From Phyllobates terribilis (taxonomy: Eukaryota), in assembly GCF_046119375.1 (NCBI RefSeq), contig NW_027362767.1, positions 262,446,001 through 262,510,000 on the forward strand: a stretch of 64,000 nt of DNA, in the 5' to 3' direction. Numbering within the stretch: the first letter of the stretch is position 1; every line of letters begins with the position of its first letter. This document shows positions 16,549 to 28,918 of the stretch, in pieces. Both the position numbers and the translations under genes were made by a program. Below the pieces are notes generated by a model, which was given only the letters and a program-made list of their open reading frames with translations, had not been told where the DNA came from and searched no databases.

Positions 16549-17841
16549 CCGCAACAGCACCTTTTCCATCCCATTGGGGGGTCTCAGCCTCTGGGTAAGT
16601 GACTTACCATAAGTCCAATTTCAGTTACATCCTTGGCACTATACCTTATAAGGGTTAATAGTTTTTGCTTCTTGGCTCTGACCATCCGTGGGGCATTATA
16701 GCAGCACTGTCTGCACCTCTTTACAGACTATATATATTTAAAAGGTTTTCTCTGTGCCAGTTTGCTACATGTGGACTTGTGCATTTATGAACTTTTATAC
16801 CATTTTGCACTTCAATATATTCATACCCTCACTACCCTTGGCTGGTTACTCGTCAGGGTGTCTGTTCTGCTCTGAGCACACTGTATTTTAATGTACTTTA
16901 CATGACTTTATAATCCAAATATGTATTTAAAGAATTTTTTTATTTGCATTTAAAAAGCTCCACGATCAAGAGTCGCTGCAGGTTTTAAGCTGTGTGTTTA
17001 TGCAGCGTCCAGATGTTACAGCATAGTGGATGGGATCTCTAGAAAGCCCATGTCCACTATGCGTCTCCGTGCATCGGGGGCTGCAGATCACCTGTGGACA
17101 CTGACATGCCGCACATCTTTGAGGACCGCAGCATGTCAATTTCTCTTGCAGAGTGGCTAGTCTACGCAACAGAAATTTGAAAATTAGAATGTATTGAATG
17201 CGGTAAATCTGCATGGTTCAGTGAATACATGGATTTACCTGCGTTCAATAGAACGCAGCAAAAATGTGCTGCGTCTGGATTGTGGGCATATAATGTTATA
17301 TTAAAACCACACTGGCGTTTGTGGTTTGGTTATATTTCTGGCTTAATATTTATGTTCCTCACTTATATAGCGCCATCATATTCCACCGTGATTTGCACAC
17401 ATTATAATCACTGTCCCCATTGGGGCTCACAATCTAGATTCCCTATCAGTATGTCTTTGAAGCGTGGGAGGAAACCGACGCAAACACAGGGAGAACATAC
17501 AAACTCCTTGCAGGTGTTGTCCTTGGGGGTGGGGGATTTTAACCCAGGACCCACCCCAGCGCTGCAAAGCAACAGTGCTGCCCAATAGACTTTAATCACC
17601 ACTATCGATTCTTTGCCTGAGGACCGGATTGTCATTGAAAAAAAGCTCAGCACTCAAGCTGCTTTTAGTTTAAAAACTCCTCAACTGTGACCCCTCTGCC
17701 CCAACCCCCCAAAAATGAGCTCTGATGAGAATAACTGCACCTAGCTGCAGTACCACCATCTACCACTAGAGGTCACTCACATCCAGTTGGAAAATTAAAT
17801 AAATGACAAGCACAACATTTGCAAATTGCCACTATTAATAT

Positions 17842-17847
17842 TTTATT
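17842..17847 (-). terminator. Candidate SLC31A1 polyadenylation signal AATAAA (minus strand)
   Basis: TTTATT on the + strand about 760 nt past the stop; GT-rich element downstream on the minus strand. Confidence 0.55.
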
Positions 17848-18609
17848 AAAAGGATTGAATATTTTTAAGGTTTCAACTAGTGGAACAAAAAAAAACCCAA
17901 TCATACATTTCTTCACTAGAAAAAAAATATAAAATAAGATTTTAAATAAAAAAGCTGAAACTTAAAAAAACGACGATTCTTGTGATCTACATTACAGGTC
18001 ACCTATGTGACAACTTCATTTAGTTTTTGATTCTATCATTGATACTGCACCTAATTGTCAAAAAATGAGTAAATGGAGATCCTGAGCAGATCCTTGAGGA
18101 AGGGACTGTGCAGGAGAGGGGCTTACATGCCATTGGCGAGTTACGATTCGTCTGTATCCGGATAGGCAATGATCTCCATGACTTGATTTTTTATTAATTA
18201 CGTATAATTGGGATTGAAGCTGAATTTTTGTCTTAGAAATATGAATTAAAAGTAGAAAACGTCACTGATTGGATAAGGATTTAAGCAATTAAGGAATTGT
18301 CCATGTCAACCATCAACTCGGATTTTAAGGCTTGGCTTGAGTCAATGGGGGCCCCTACTGGTTAAGGGAGGCATTGACTGAGTAACGACAGCGGGGGTTC
18401 AAGGAACAGTCCATAAACAATCCATTACTGGTCAAGAAATCCCCAAGTACGAGGACATCAAGGTGACGGTAATACACATCTGATATAAAATAAAGGCATA
18501 GGAGGATTTGGTTGCGTTGGTCACTCATCATCTCGGTCAAGGAGGCGGAGCTCTGTGCCAGCGTCACCAGAGGTCCCATCACCCAAACCCTTGGGGTGCT
18601 GGTCCTTCA

Positions 18610-19913
<1,304 letters not shown>

Positions 19914-20432
19914 TTTGAAAACCTTCAAGAACAGCTATTCCCTCGTATCAACCCTAAAAAAAAAAAAAACTTCAGAAACATTGTTACATACTAAGAACAG
20001 TGGAAGATACAAAATAACAAAGAACAAATCCCAGAGTGATGGACGGTATTTAAGTAGAAGGGCCGCGATTCGCCCGGACGTCATCAGCGGAGGAGCAGAG
20101 AAAACTCATCCTGTTTTATTAGAGGTTTGTCTGTCCAGATAGCGCCCCCTGGGGACAGCCTCGGCCTTTTACTGGCTCCAACTGCAGATTGGACCATTAA
20201 AGCTGATAACTAATAAAAAGGAGAGACGGCCGATCTGTGTCATCAAGAAACGCCCCAACGGAGGATGAAATGTGGCTGTGTGTGGGTGAATAGTATATAT
20301 CTGAGCACTACCCGTGAGTATATTCATCAATAAGAAACAGTAAAATTATATGATATATTATATAGATAGATATGCACACATTCTGACAGCAAGCAGAGAT
20401 CTTAAAAATGGTAAGGAATTGAGACAAAAGTA

Positions 20433-21946
20433 CACTGCTCAATAAAATAAAGGGAACACAAACAGAATATAACTCCAAGTAAATCAAACTGCTGTGAAAT
20501 CAAGCTGTCCACTTAGGAAGCAACACTGATTGACAATCAATTTCACATGCTGTTGTGCAAATGTAATAGACAATAGATGGAAATTATTGGCAATTATCAA
20601 GACACCCTCAATAAAGGAGTGGTTCTGCAGGTGGGGACCACAGACGACATCTCAGTACCAATGCTTTCTGGCTGATGTTTTGGTCACTTTTGAATGTTGG
20701 TTGTGCTTTCACACTCGTGGTAGCATGAGACGGACTCTACAACCCACAGAAGTTGCTCAGGTAGTGCAGCTCATCCAGGATGGCACATCAATGCGAGCTG
20801 TGGCAAGAAGGTTTGCTGTGTCTGTTAGCGTAGTGTCCAGAGGCTGGAGGCGCTACCAGGAGACAGGCGAGTACACCAGGAGAAGTGGAGGGGGCCGTAG
20901 GAGGGCAACAACCCAGCAGCAGGACCGCTACCTCCGCCTTTGTGCAAGGAGGAACAGGAGGAGCACTGCCAGAGCCCTGCAAAATGACCTCCAGCAGGCC
21001 ACAAATGTGCATGTGTCAGCACAAACTGTTAGAAACCGACTCCATGAGGGTGGTATGAGGGCCCGACGTCCACAGATGGGGGTTGTGCTCACAGCCCAAC
21101 ACCGTGCAGGACGCTTGGCATTTGCCACAGAACACCAGGATTGGCAAAGTCGCCACTGGCGCCCTGTGCTCTTCACAGATGAAAGCAGGTTCACACTGAG
21201 CACATGTGACAGACGTGACAGAGTCTGGAGACACCGTGGAGAGCGATCTGCTGCCTGCAACATCCTTCAGCAAGACCGGTTTGGCAGTGGGTTAGTAATA
21301 GTGTGGGGTGGCATTTCTTTGGAGGGCCGCACAGCCCTCCATGTGCTCGCCAGAGGCAGCCTGACTGCCATTAGGTACCGAGATGAGATCCTCAGACCCC
21401 TTGTGAGACCATGGGCTGGTGCGGTTGGCCCTGGGTTCCTCCTAATACAGGACAATGCCGGACCTCATGTGGCTGGAGTGTGTCGGCAGTTCCTGCAAGA
21501 TGAAGGCATTGAGGCTATGGACTGGCCCGCCCGCTCCCCAGACCTGAATGCGATTGAGCACATCTGGGACATCATGTCTCGCTCCATCCACCAACGTCAC
21601 GTTGCACCACAGACTGTCCAGGATTTGGCGAATGCTTTAGTCCAGGTCTGGGAGGAGATCCCACAGGAGACCATCCGCAACCTCATCAGGAGCATGCCCA
21701 GGCGTTGTAGGGAGGTCATACAGGCACATGGAGGCCACACACAATACTGAGCCTCATTTTGACTTGTTTTAAGGACATTACATCAAAGTTGGATCAGCCT
21801 GTAGTGTGTTTTTCCACTTTAATTTTGGGGGTGACTCCAAATCCAGGCCTCCATTGGTTAATAAATGTGATTTCCATTGATGATTTTTGTGTGATTTTGT
21901 TGTCAGCACATTCAACTTTGTACAGAACAAAGTATTCAATGAGAAT
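20433..21946 (+). mobile_element. Tc1 element (DD34E) with left TIR; right end missing at the Gypsy LTR junction
   Basis: TA then CACTGCTCAATAAAATAAAGGGAACAC; transposase ORF; no matching right TIR before or after the Gypsy element. Confidence 0.9.
20725..21750 (+). CDS. Tc1 transposase, uninterrupted 341-aa ORF
   Basis: [20 protein letters not shown] paired-like HTH; [26 protein letters not shown]; 34 residues between the second D and E. Confidence 0.88.
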   Translation: MRRTLQPTEVAQVVQLIQDGTSMRAVARRFAVSVSVVSRGWRRYQETGEYTRRSGGGRRRATTQQQDRYLRLCARRNRRSTARALQNDLQQATNVHVSAQTVRNRLHEGGMRARRPQMGVVLTAQHRAGRLAFATEHQDWQSRHWRPVLFTDESRFTLSTCDRRDRVWRHRGERSAACNILQQDRFGSGLVIVWGGISLEGRTALHVLARGSLTAIRYRDEILRPLVRPWAGAVGPGFLLIQDNAGPHVAGVCRQFLQDEGIEAMDWPARSPDLNAIEHIWDIMSRSIHQRHVAPQTVQDLANALVQVWEEIPQETIRNLIRSMPRRCREVIQAHGGHTQY

Positions 21947-22134
21947 GTGTGTGTATATGTAGCATTGGCGTCTCTGCCCCCTGCCAGGCAGAGACGCCGT
22001 CCCACTCACCTCCCCGCGCTCCTCTTCCTGCTGCCGGCGCGCGCAGCTCCCCAGGCACTGTCCTTAGGGCGCTCTTAAAGGGGCCGCGCGCGCCGTCCTA
22101 AGGAGTCCCCGGCCAATTGCCGAGGGTTCTCCCA

Positions 22135-22175
22135 TATATAAGGCACCTCCTCCAAAATGGAGGTGCCCGAGCAAA
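22135..22175 (+). promoter_or_regulatory. LTR TATA box and predicted TSS/self-primer sequence
   Basis: TATATAAG at 22135; GCCCGAGCAAA at 22165-22175 is the exact reverse complement of TTTGCTCGGGC at 22731-22741. Confidence 0.75.
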
Positions 22176-22730
22176 GTTGTTGCACAGTGTTTCTGACCTT
22201 TGCTTCAGCCCTCAGGTCCCGCTGCTAGCCTGACTTCCAGTCCTGCCCGCCAGCCTCTTACCTGCCTATTTCCTGCTGTGCCTGCCAGCCCGCTCACCTG
22301 GGAGCACCTGCCTGTTACCTGCCGTGCCTGCCAGCCCGCTCACCTGGGAGCACCTGCCTGTTACCCACTTATTACCTACCGTGCCTACCCGGAGGCTCCT
22401 GCCGTCACTTGCCGTGACCACCTGCCTAGAGACTTCCGCCGTCACTTGCCGTGACCACCTGCCTAGAGACTTCTGCTCACCAGCCTGCCTGCTGTGCCTA
22501 CCTGTTATTCTGGTCAGTTCCTGCCATCTGTACCGTGGGAGTCACCCGCTCCCTTACAAGGTCGTCCCCAGAGTAGCACCTGGTCCCTCTGCTCGGTCCC
22601 TCCCTGGTCACGGAGTCGTTAGCCGCCGTACGACCAGGGTCGGTCCGAGTTGATACTTAGTCACGCCCCCCCTGGGTCCCTCCTTGCACCGTAGCACAGA
22701 GGTTCCACCTCCCGGACGGACCCGTAACAG

Positions 22731-22741
22731 TTTGCTCGGGC
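22731..22741 (+). promoter_or_regulatory. Self-priming-type primer binding site
   Basis: 1 nt after the LTR-terminal CA; complementary to the predicted mRNA 5' end rather than to a tRNA 3' end. Confidence 0.75.
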
Positions 22742-22826
22742 CAACGAACCCGGTGGCACCCAAGCCCCCTCGCTTACGGACCTGTACCAGGAGGTTTCTC
22801 GTCAGAGATCCCAACAGGAAACCATT

Positions 22827-23693
22827 GTGAACTACCTGAGGAATGTCAACTCCCGTCTGGACACGCTGTCTGTCCCACCTGTATGCACCTCGAGTCGTGT
22901 GACTTCCGCTCTGGCAGCACCGCTGCCCACCAATACCACAGCATCCGGCCCAGGTCCCCAGCTTTCTGCGCCTCCTCGTTTTGGAGGTGACCCCGTCTCA
23001 TGTCAGGGCTTTCTGAACCAGTGCACGCTGCACTTTGAACTCTTGGCACATCAGTTCATCTCCGACCGGGCCAAGGTGGCATTCATCATGTCCCATCTCT
23101 CTGAGGAAGCACTGGCATGGCTAAATCCCCTGTGGGAGAGAGGGGATCCCCTGGTGTCCTACCTATCGTCTTTCCTCGCTGCTTTCCGGAAAGTCTTCGA
23201 TGAACCAGAACAAAAATCCTCTTCAGCCTCCTCTCTGCTACGTCTCTGCCAAGAGAGTCTCACCGTGGGCCAATATGCCATACGGTTCCGTGCCCTCGCT
23301 TTTGAGCTTGCCTGGGACAACGAGGCTCTGGTGTCCGTCTTCTGGGAGGGTCTTTCCGATCGGATAAAGGACGAATTAGCCGGTCAGGACATGCCTACCA
23401 CTCTGGATGACCTGGTGTCACTAGCTACACGGACTGACATCAGTTTCCAAGAACGTACCAAAGAGACTACCCGGGAGAGAAAGTTTCCTCGCCTTGCTCC
23501 TACTTTCCAGAGACCTGCCTCTCAACCAGTCACTCCCCGGGCGCACTCGCCCGAACCTATGCAGATCAACCAGACCAAGATGGTCAAATCTCGCCAAGAG
23601 TCACGCCGAGCCGAGGGGAGCTGTTTCTATTGTGGCAGTAAGGAGCACTTCATCCGTTCCTGCCTGGAGAAGCCGGGAAACTCCAGTGTCTAG
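22827..23693 (+). CDS. Gypsy Gag (capsid-like domain plus CCHC knuckle); start uncertain
   Basis: PPRFGGDPVSCQGFLNQC..., CFYCGSKEHFIRSC, ending KPGNSSV*. Confidence 0.85.
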   Translation: MNYLRNVNSRLDTLSVPPVCTSSRVTSALAAPLPTNTTASGPGPQLSAPPRFGGDPVSCQGFLNQCTLHFELLAHQFISDRAKVAFIMSHLSEEALAWLNPLWERGDPLVSYLSSFLAAFRKVFDEPEQKSSSASSLLRLCQESLTVGQYAIRFRALAFELAWDNEALVSVFWEGLSDRIKDELAGQDMPTTLDDLVSLATRTDISFQERTKETTRERKFPRLAPTFQRPASQPVTPRAHSPEPMQINQTKMVKSRQESRRAEGSCFYCGSKEHFIRSCLEKPGNSSV

Positions 23694-23737
23694 GACCGCT
23701 CGGAGAGGTCGTCCTAGGCAAAAGTAAGCCCTCTCCG
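23675..23737 (+). promoter_or_regulatory. -1 ribosomal frameshift signal: G_GGA_AAC plus H-type pseudoknot
   Basis: Heptamer 23675-81 in the Gag frame; stem 1 23687-96/23711-20; stem 2 CGGAGAGG 23701-08 / CCTCTCCG 23730-37. Confidence 0.8.
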
Positions 23738-26700
23738 TCCCTGACTGTCTGTCTCTATCTCCTGGGGAGAGAACCGTCACTTTAAAATTGCTCACCTGGA
23801 TTCTGGAGCTACTGGAAACCTCATTTCCTAGTCCCTGGTAGAGAGATACCGGATTCCCACCAAACCTCTGGCTGAACCATTGTCAGTCGCCTCCGTGGAT
23901 GGAAGACTCCTTCCGGTGACCATCCTGCTCGTCACTGAACCCATAACCCTGCAGGTGGGAATGCTGCACTCTGAGAAGATCTCCTTCCATGTGCTGTCCG
24001 GACTCTCTCACTCCCTATTGCTAGGTCTACCCTGGCTCCAGACACATGAACCCGTGCTGAACTGGCAATCCGGTGAAGTACTCCGGTGGGGGCAGGATTG
24101 CCATAGGACCTGCCTGGTTCCGGTTCACCCGGCTCGTCCTCCACCTACCCCGGCTAATTTACCCGGTTTACCGGCACCTTACTGGTCCTATGCAGATGTC
24201 TTCGGTAAAAAGGAAGCAGAGACACTGCCACCTCATAGGCCATATGATTGCCCGATCGACCTGGTACCCGGCGCCACTCCACCCCATGGGAGTATTTACC
24301 CGTTGTCGTCAGCCGAAACACGAGCCATGTCGGAGTACATCGAGGAGAATCTGGCCAGGGGATTCATCCGGAAATCTACCTCCCCGGCTGGAGTCAGATT
24401 CTTCTTCAAGAAGAAAGATGGTTCTTTACGCCCCTGTATTGACTATAGAGGACTCAACCTAATCACGGTAAAAAACAAATACCCCCTGCCGCTCATCTCC
24501 GAGATGTTTGACCGTCTTAAGGGAGCTAGGATCTTTTCCAAGCTAGATCTACGTGGGGTGTATAACCTGGTCCGAATCCATCAAGGAGACGAATGGAAGA
24601 CGGCATTCAATACCCGTGACGGTCACTATGAATACCGTGTGATGCCTTTCGGTCTCTGCAATGCTCCCGCAGTCTTCCAAGAATTGGTCAACAACATCTT
24701 CCGTGATCTTCTTTACTCTTGCGTGGTGGTGTACCTGGACGATATCTTGGTCTTCTCTCCGGATCTTCCCACACACCGGAGGGATGTTCGTCAGGTCCTG
24801 CTTAGGCTCAGGCAGAATCACCTCTATGCAAAATTCGAGAAGTGCCTCTTCGAGCAGACCTCTCTTCCATTCCTGGGCTATGTTATTTCCCAGACAGGCC
24901 TACGAATGGATCCCGAGAGGCTCTCTGCTGTCCTAAAAAGTGGCCCCGTCCAGAGGGGTTGAAGGCAATTCAGCGATTCCTGGGCTTCGCCAACTACTAT
25001 CATCTCTTCATCCCGCACTTCTCTTCCCGGACTGCTCCCATATCTGCGCTCACCCGTAAGGGAGCAAATCCCAAGGAATGGTCGCCCGAAGCTGAGGAGG
25101 CCTCTCTTTCTTTAAAGCAAGCCTTCTCCTCTGCCCCGGTGCTGCACCGTCCGGACTGCAACAAACAGTTCTACCTGGAGGTTGATGCTTCCTCCTCTGG
25201 AGCCGGAGCGGTGCTCACCCAAAAGTCTTCATCCGGGAGAATGGAAACCTGCGGCTTCTTCTCCAAGTCTGAGAGCAACTACTCCATAGAAGACCGTGAA
25301 CTGTTAGCCGTTAAATTGGCACTGGAGAAGTGGCGTTACCTGCATGAAGGGGCTCTATACCCGGTGATCATCTATAAGGATCACAAAAACCTGGCATATC
25401 TCCAGAATGCCCAAAGACTCAATCCGCGTCAAGGCCAGTGGTCTTTGTTCTTCGCCCGCTTCGAGTTCGTCCTACATTTCCACCCAGCGGACAAGAATGT
25501 CAAAGCCGACGCCTTGTCCCGATCCTTCCTGTCCTCCGATCAAGAGGAGGAGCCTATGCACATCATCGACCCCTCCAAAGTGAAGAATGTGGCCCCCTTG
25601 GATCTGACTCGTCTTCCACCCGGTAAGACGTTTGTAGCGGTACCAGATCGTGAGAAGGTTCTTCACTGGGGTCATTCATCTAAACTAGCCGGCCATGCTG
25701 GCCAAAAGAAGACCTTCCTGCTCATCACCCGGCATTACTGGTGGCCTACTCTGCGCAAGGATGTGGTAGACTTCGTCTCGGCCTGTTCGTCCTGTGCTCG
25801 CAACAAAGTTCCCAGACATCTTCCAGCCGGTCGCCTCCTGCCTCTTCCCGTACCTGCTGCCCCGTGGCAGCACATTGCTATGGACTTTATTACTGATCTC
25901 CCTGTTTCTGCCGGTTGTTCAGTCATTTGGGTGGTCGCCGACCGCTTCTCTAAGATGGCCCACTTCATCCCTCTGCCTGGTCTCCCGTCTGCATCGGAGC
26001 TGGCCAAGTATTTCTTCCGTCATATCTTCCGTCTCCATGGCCTACCCCTCCACATTGTGTCGGATCGAGGGGTTCAGTTCACCTCACGTTTCTGGAGAGC
26101 TACCTGTAAGCTACTGGATGTCACCCCGGATTTCTCCTCTGCTTACCATCCACAGTCCAATGGCCAAGTGGAGCGTATCAACCAAATCCTTACCAGCTAC
26201 CTCTGGCACTTTGTTAACGCTCACCATACCGATTGGGTGGAGCTCCTACCATGGGCCGAATTCTCCTACAACAACCATGAGAGCGAATCTACTTCTAAAT
26301 CCCCGTTCTTCGTGGTCTACGGTCAACTTCCTCGGATTCCGTTTCCCATCTCCGCCTCGGTGGACAACCCTGCCGCGGAGGCTCTTGTCAGCGAATTCTC
26401 AACCATTTGGGAAAATACTAGGTCCGCACTTCTTCAGTCCTCCGAGCGGATGAAGAGACTGCTGACAAGAGACGTCTGGATCCGCCTCAATTCCGCCCGG
26501 GAGATAAAGTCTGGCTCTCTTCCAAACATGTCCGACTCAAAATACCCTCCTATAAGTTAGGCCCTCGGTTCATCTGTCCATTTGAAATTCTCAAACAAAT
26601 CAACCCAGTGGCCTACAAGTTAAAACTCCCGGCCACCTTACGGATTCCCAACTCCTTCCATGTATCTCTCCTCAAACCAGTTGTGTTTAACTCTTTTTCC

Positions 26701-26925
26701 AACAATCTATGTACTCCCCCTGCTCCGGTTTCCGCTGAGGACGTTTTTGAGGTAGAGAACATTCTGGCCACTAAGAGGGTAAGAGGAAAAACCTTTTTTC
26801 TGGTGGATTGGAAGGGGTTTGGCCCAGAGGAGAGAACATGGGAGCCCCGGGAGAACATCCATGCCCCGCTTCTCCTTGAAAAATTCCTTTCTGGCATAAG
26901 AAAGAGGGGGTGTAAAGGGGGGTAC
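23675..26925 (+). pseudogene. Gypsy Pol (protease-RT-RNaseH-integrase-chromodomain), disrupted
   Basis: LDSGA; YLDD; EVDAS/RELLAVK; H-H-CSSC; MDFIT/SDRG/QVERIN; chromodomain FEVENILATKRVRGKTFFLVDWKGFGPEERTWEP. Frame breaks near 23783, 24940 and 26460, and a stop near 23829. Confidence 0.92.
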
Positions 26926-27064
26926 TGTAGCATCGGCGTCTCTGCCCCCTGCCAAGCAGAGATGCCGTCCTACTCACCTCCTCGCTCCCCACGGGCACTG
27001 TGCTTAGGGCGCGCGCGTGCGCTCCCTCCCTCTTAAAGGGGCCGTACTATAATATAGATAGATA

Positions 27065-28676
27065 GAGTACAGACCAAAAGTTTGGACACACCTTCTCATT
27101 TAAAGATTTTTCTGTATTTTCATGACTATGAAAATTGTACATTCACACTGAAGGCATCAAAACTATGAATTAACACATGTGGAATTATATACTTAACAAA
27201 AAAGTGTGAAACAACTGAAAAAATGTCTTATATTCTAGGTTCTTCAAAGTAGCCACCTTTTGCTTTGATGACTGCTTTGCACACTCTTGACATTCTCTTG
27301 ATGAGCTTCAAGAGGTAGTCACCGGAAATGGTTTTCACTTCACAGGTGTGCCCGGTCAGGTTTAATAAGTGGGATTTCTTGCCTTATAAATGGAGTTGGG
27401 ACCATCAGTTGTGTTGTGCAGAAGTCAGGTGGATACACAGCTGATAGTACTACTGAATAGACTGTTAGAATTTGTATTATGGCAAGAAAAAAGCTAAGTA
27501 AAGAAAAACGAGTGGCCATCATTACTTTAAAAAATGAAGGTCAGTCAGGCCGAAAAATTGGGCAAACTTTGAATGTGTCCCCAAGTGCAGTAGCAAAAAC
27601 CATGAAGCGCTACAAAGAAACTGGCTCAAATGAGGACCGCCCCAGGAAAGGAAGACCAAGAGTCACCTCTGCTTCTGAGGATAAGTTTATCCGAGTCACC
27701 AGCCTCAGAAATCGCAGGTTAACAGCAGCTCAGATTAGAGACCAGGTCAATGCCACACAGAGTTCTAGCAGCAGACACATCTCTACAACAACTGTTAAGA
27801 GGAGACTTTGTGCAGCAGGCCTTCATGGTAAAATAGCTGCTAGGAAACCACTGCTAAGGACAGGCAACAAGCAGAAGAGACTTGTTTGAGCTAAAGAACA
27901 CAAGGAATGGACATTAGACCAGTGGAAATCTGTGCTTTGGTCTGATGAGTCCAAATTTGAGATCTTTGGTTCCAACCACGGTGTCTTTGTGCGACGCAGA
28001 AAAGGTGAACGGATGGACTCTACATGCCTGGTTCCCACCGTGAAGCATGGAGGAGGAGGTGTGATGGCGTGGGGGTGCTTTGCTGGTGACACTGTTGGGG
28101 ATTTATTCAAAATTGAAGGCATACTGAACCAGCATGGCTACCACAGCATCTTGCAGCGGCATGCTATTCCATCCGGTTTGCGTTTAGTTGGACCAGCATT
28201 TATTGTTCAACAGGATAATGACCCCAAACACACCTCCAGGCTGTGTAAGGGCTATTTGACCAAGACGGAGAGTGATGGGGTGCTACGCCAGATGACCTGG
28301 CCTTCACAGTCACCAGACCTGAACCCAATCGAGATGGTTTGGGGTGAGCTGGACCGCAGAGTGAAGGCAAAAGGGCCAACAAGTGCTAAGCATCTCTGGG
28401 AACTCCTTGAAGATTGTTGGAAGACTACCTCTTGAAGCTCATCAAGAGAATGCCAAGAGTGTGCAAAGCAGTCATCAAAGCAAATGGTGGCTACTTTGAA
28501 GAACCTAGAATATAAGACATTTTCAGTTGTTTCACACTTTTTTTTGTTAAGTATATAATTCCACATGTGTTAATTCATAGTTTTGATGCCTTCAGTGTGA
28601 ATGTGCAATTTTCAGTCATGAAAATACACAAAAATCTTTAAATGAGAAGGTGTGTCCAAACTTTTGGTCTGTGCTA
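27065..28676 (+). mobile_element. Full-length Tc1-family DD38E (Intruder-type) transposon, about 255-bp TIRs
   Basis: GAGTACAGACCAAAAGTTTGG ... CCAAACTTTTGGTCTGTGCTA; TA on the left, (AT)n on the right. Confidence 0.92.
27479..28435 (+). pseudogene. DD38E transposase with a TGG>TGA nonsense codon (27887-89) and a small C-terminal deletion
   Basis: ORFs 27479-27889 and 27932-28435 are in the same frame; WSDESKF, QQDNDPKH, SPDLNPIE with 38 residues between D and E. Confidence 0.9.
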
Positions 28677-28918
28677 ATATATATATATATATATATATGA
28701 GAAACGTCTGACCTCTAATTGCAAAATTGCAAACAAAGGTTTCAGTACCAAAGTTCTGTTTTTCTATTGAATTAAATGCTAATTTAATGCAATAAAAGGC
28801 AAATTAATTGTGTAAAAATCATAAAATATGATTTTCTGGATTTTTATTTTTAGATTCTGTCTCTTACAAGTGACGTGTACTTACACATACATAAGGTATA
28901 TACAATCTATATATAAAT

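Larger units (their letters stand above)
11387..16962 (+). mobile_element. Penelope-like element flanked by about 1.1-kb inverted pseudo-LTR arms (11387-13322 and 15853-16962)
   Basis: The arms are reverse complements (TGGAGCTTTTTAAA at 11387, TTTAAAAAGCTCCA ending at 16962). The core encodes PLE RT and GIY-YIG remnants. No TSD seen. Confidence 0.92.
21958..27044 (+). mobile_element. Gypsy/Metaviridae chromovirus (Tf1/sushi-like) LTR retrotransposon; 5' LTR 21958-22729, truncated 3' LTR 26926-27044
   Basis: TG...CA LTR; gag-pro-RT-RH-IN-chromodomain order; polypurine tract ending GGGGGGTAC before the 3' LTR; both LTRs start TGTAGCAT(T/C)GGCGTCTCTGCCCCCTGCC. Confidence 0.96.

Noticed and set aside
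20530-20724. N-terminal extension of the Tc1 transposase in the ORF track (406 aa)
   Set aside because: It begins at a non-ATG codon in TIR/5' UTR sequence; transposase homology starts at ATG 20725.
22730-22750. tRNA primer binding site
   Set aside because: It does not start with TGG and is explained by the perfect complement at 22165-75.
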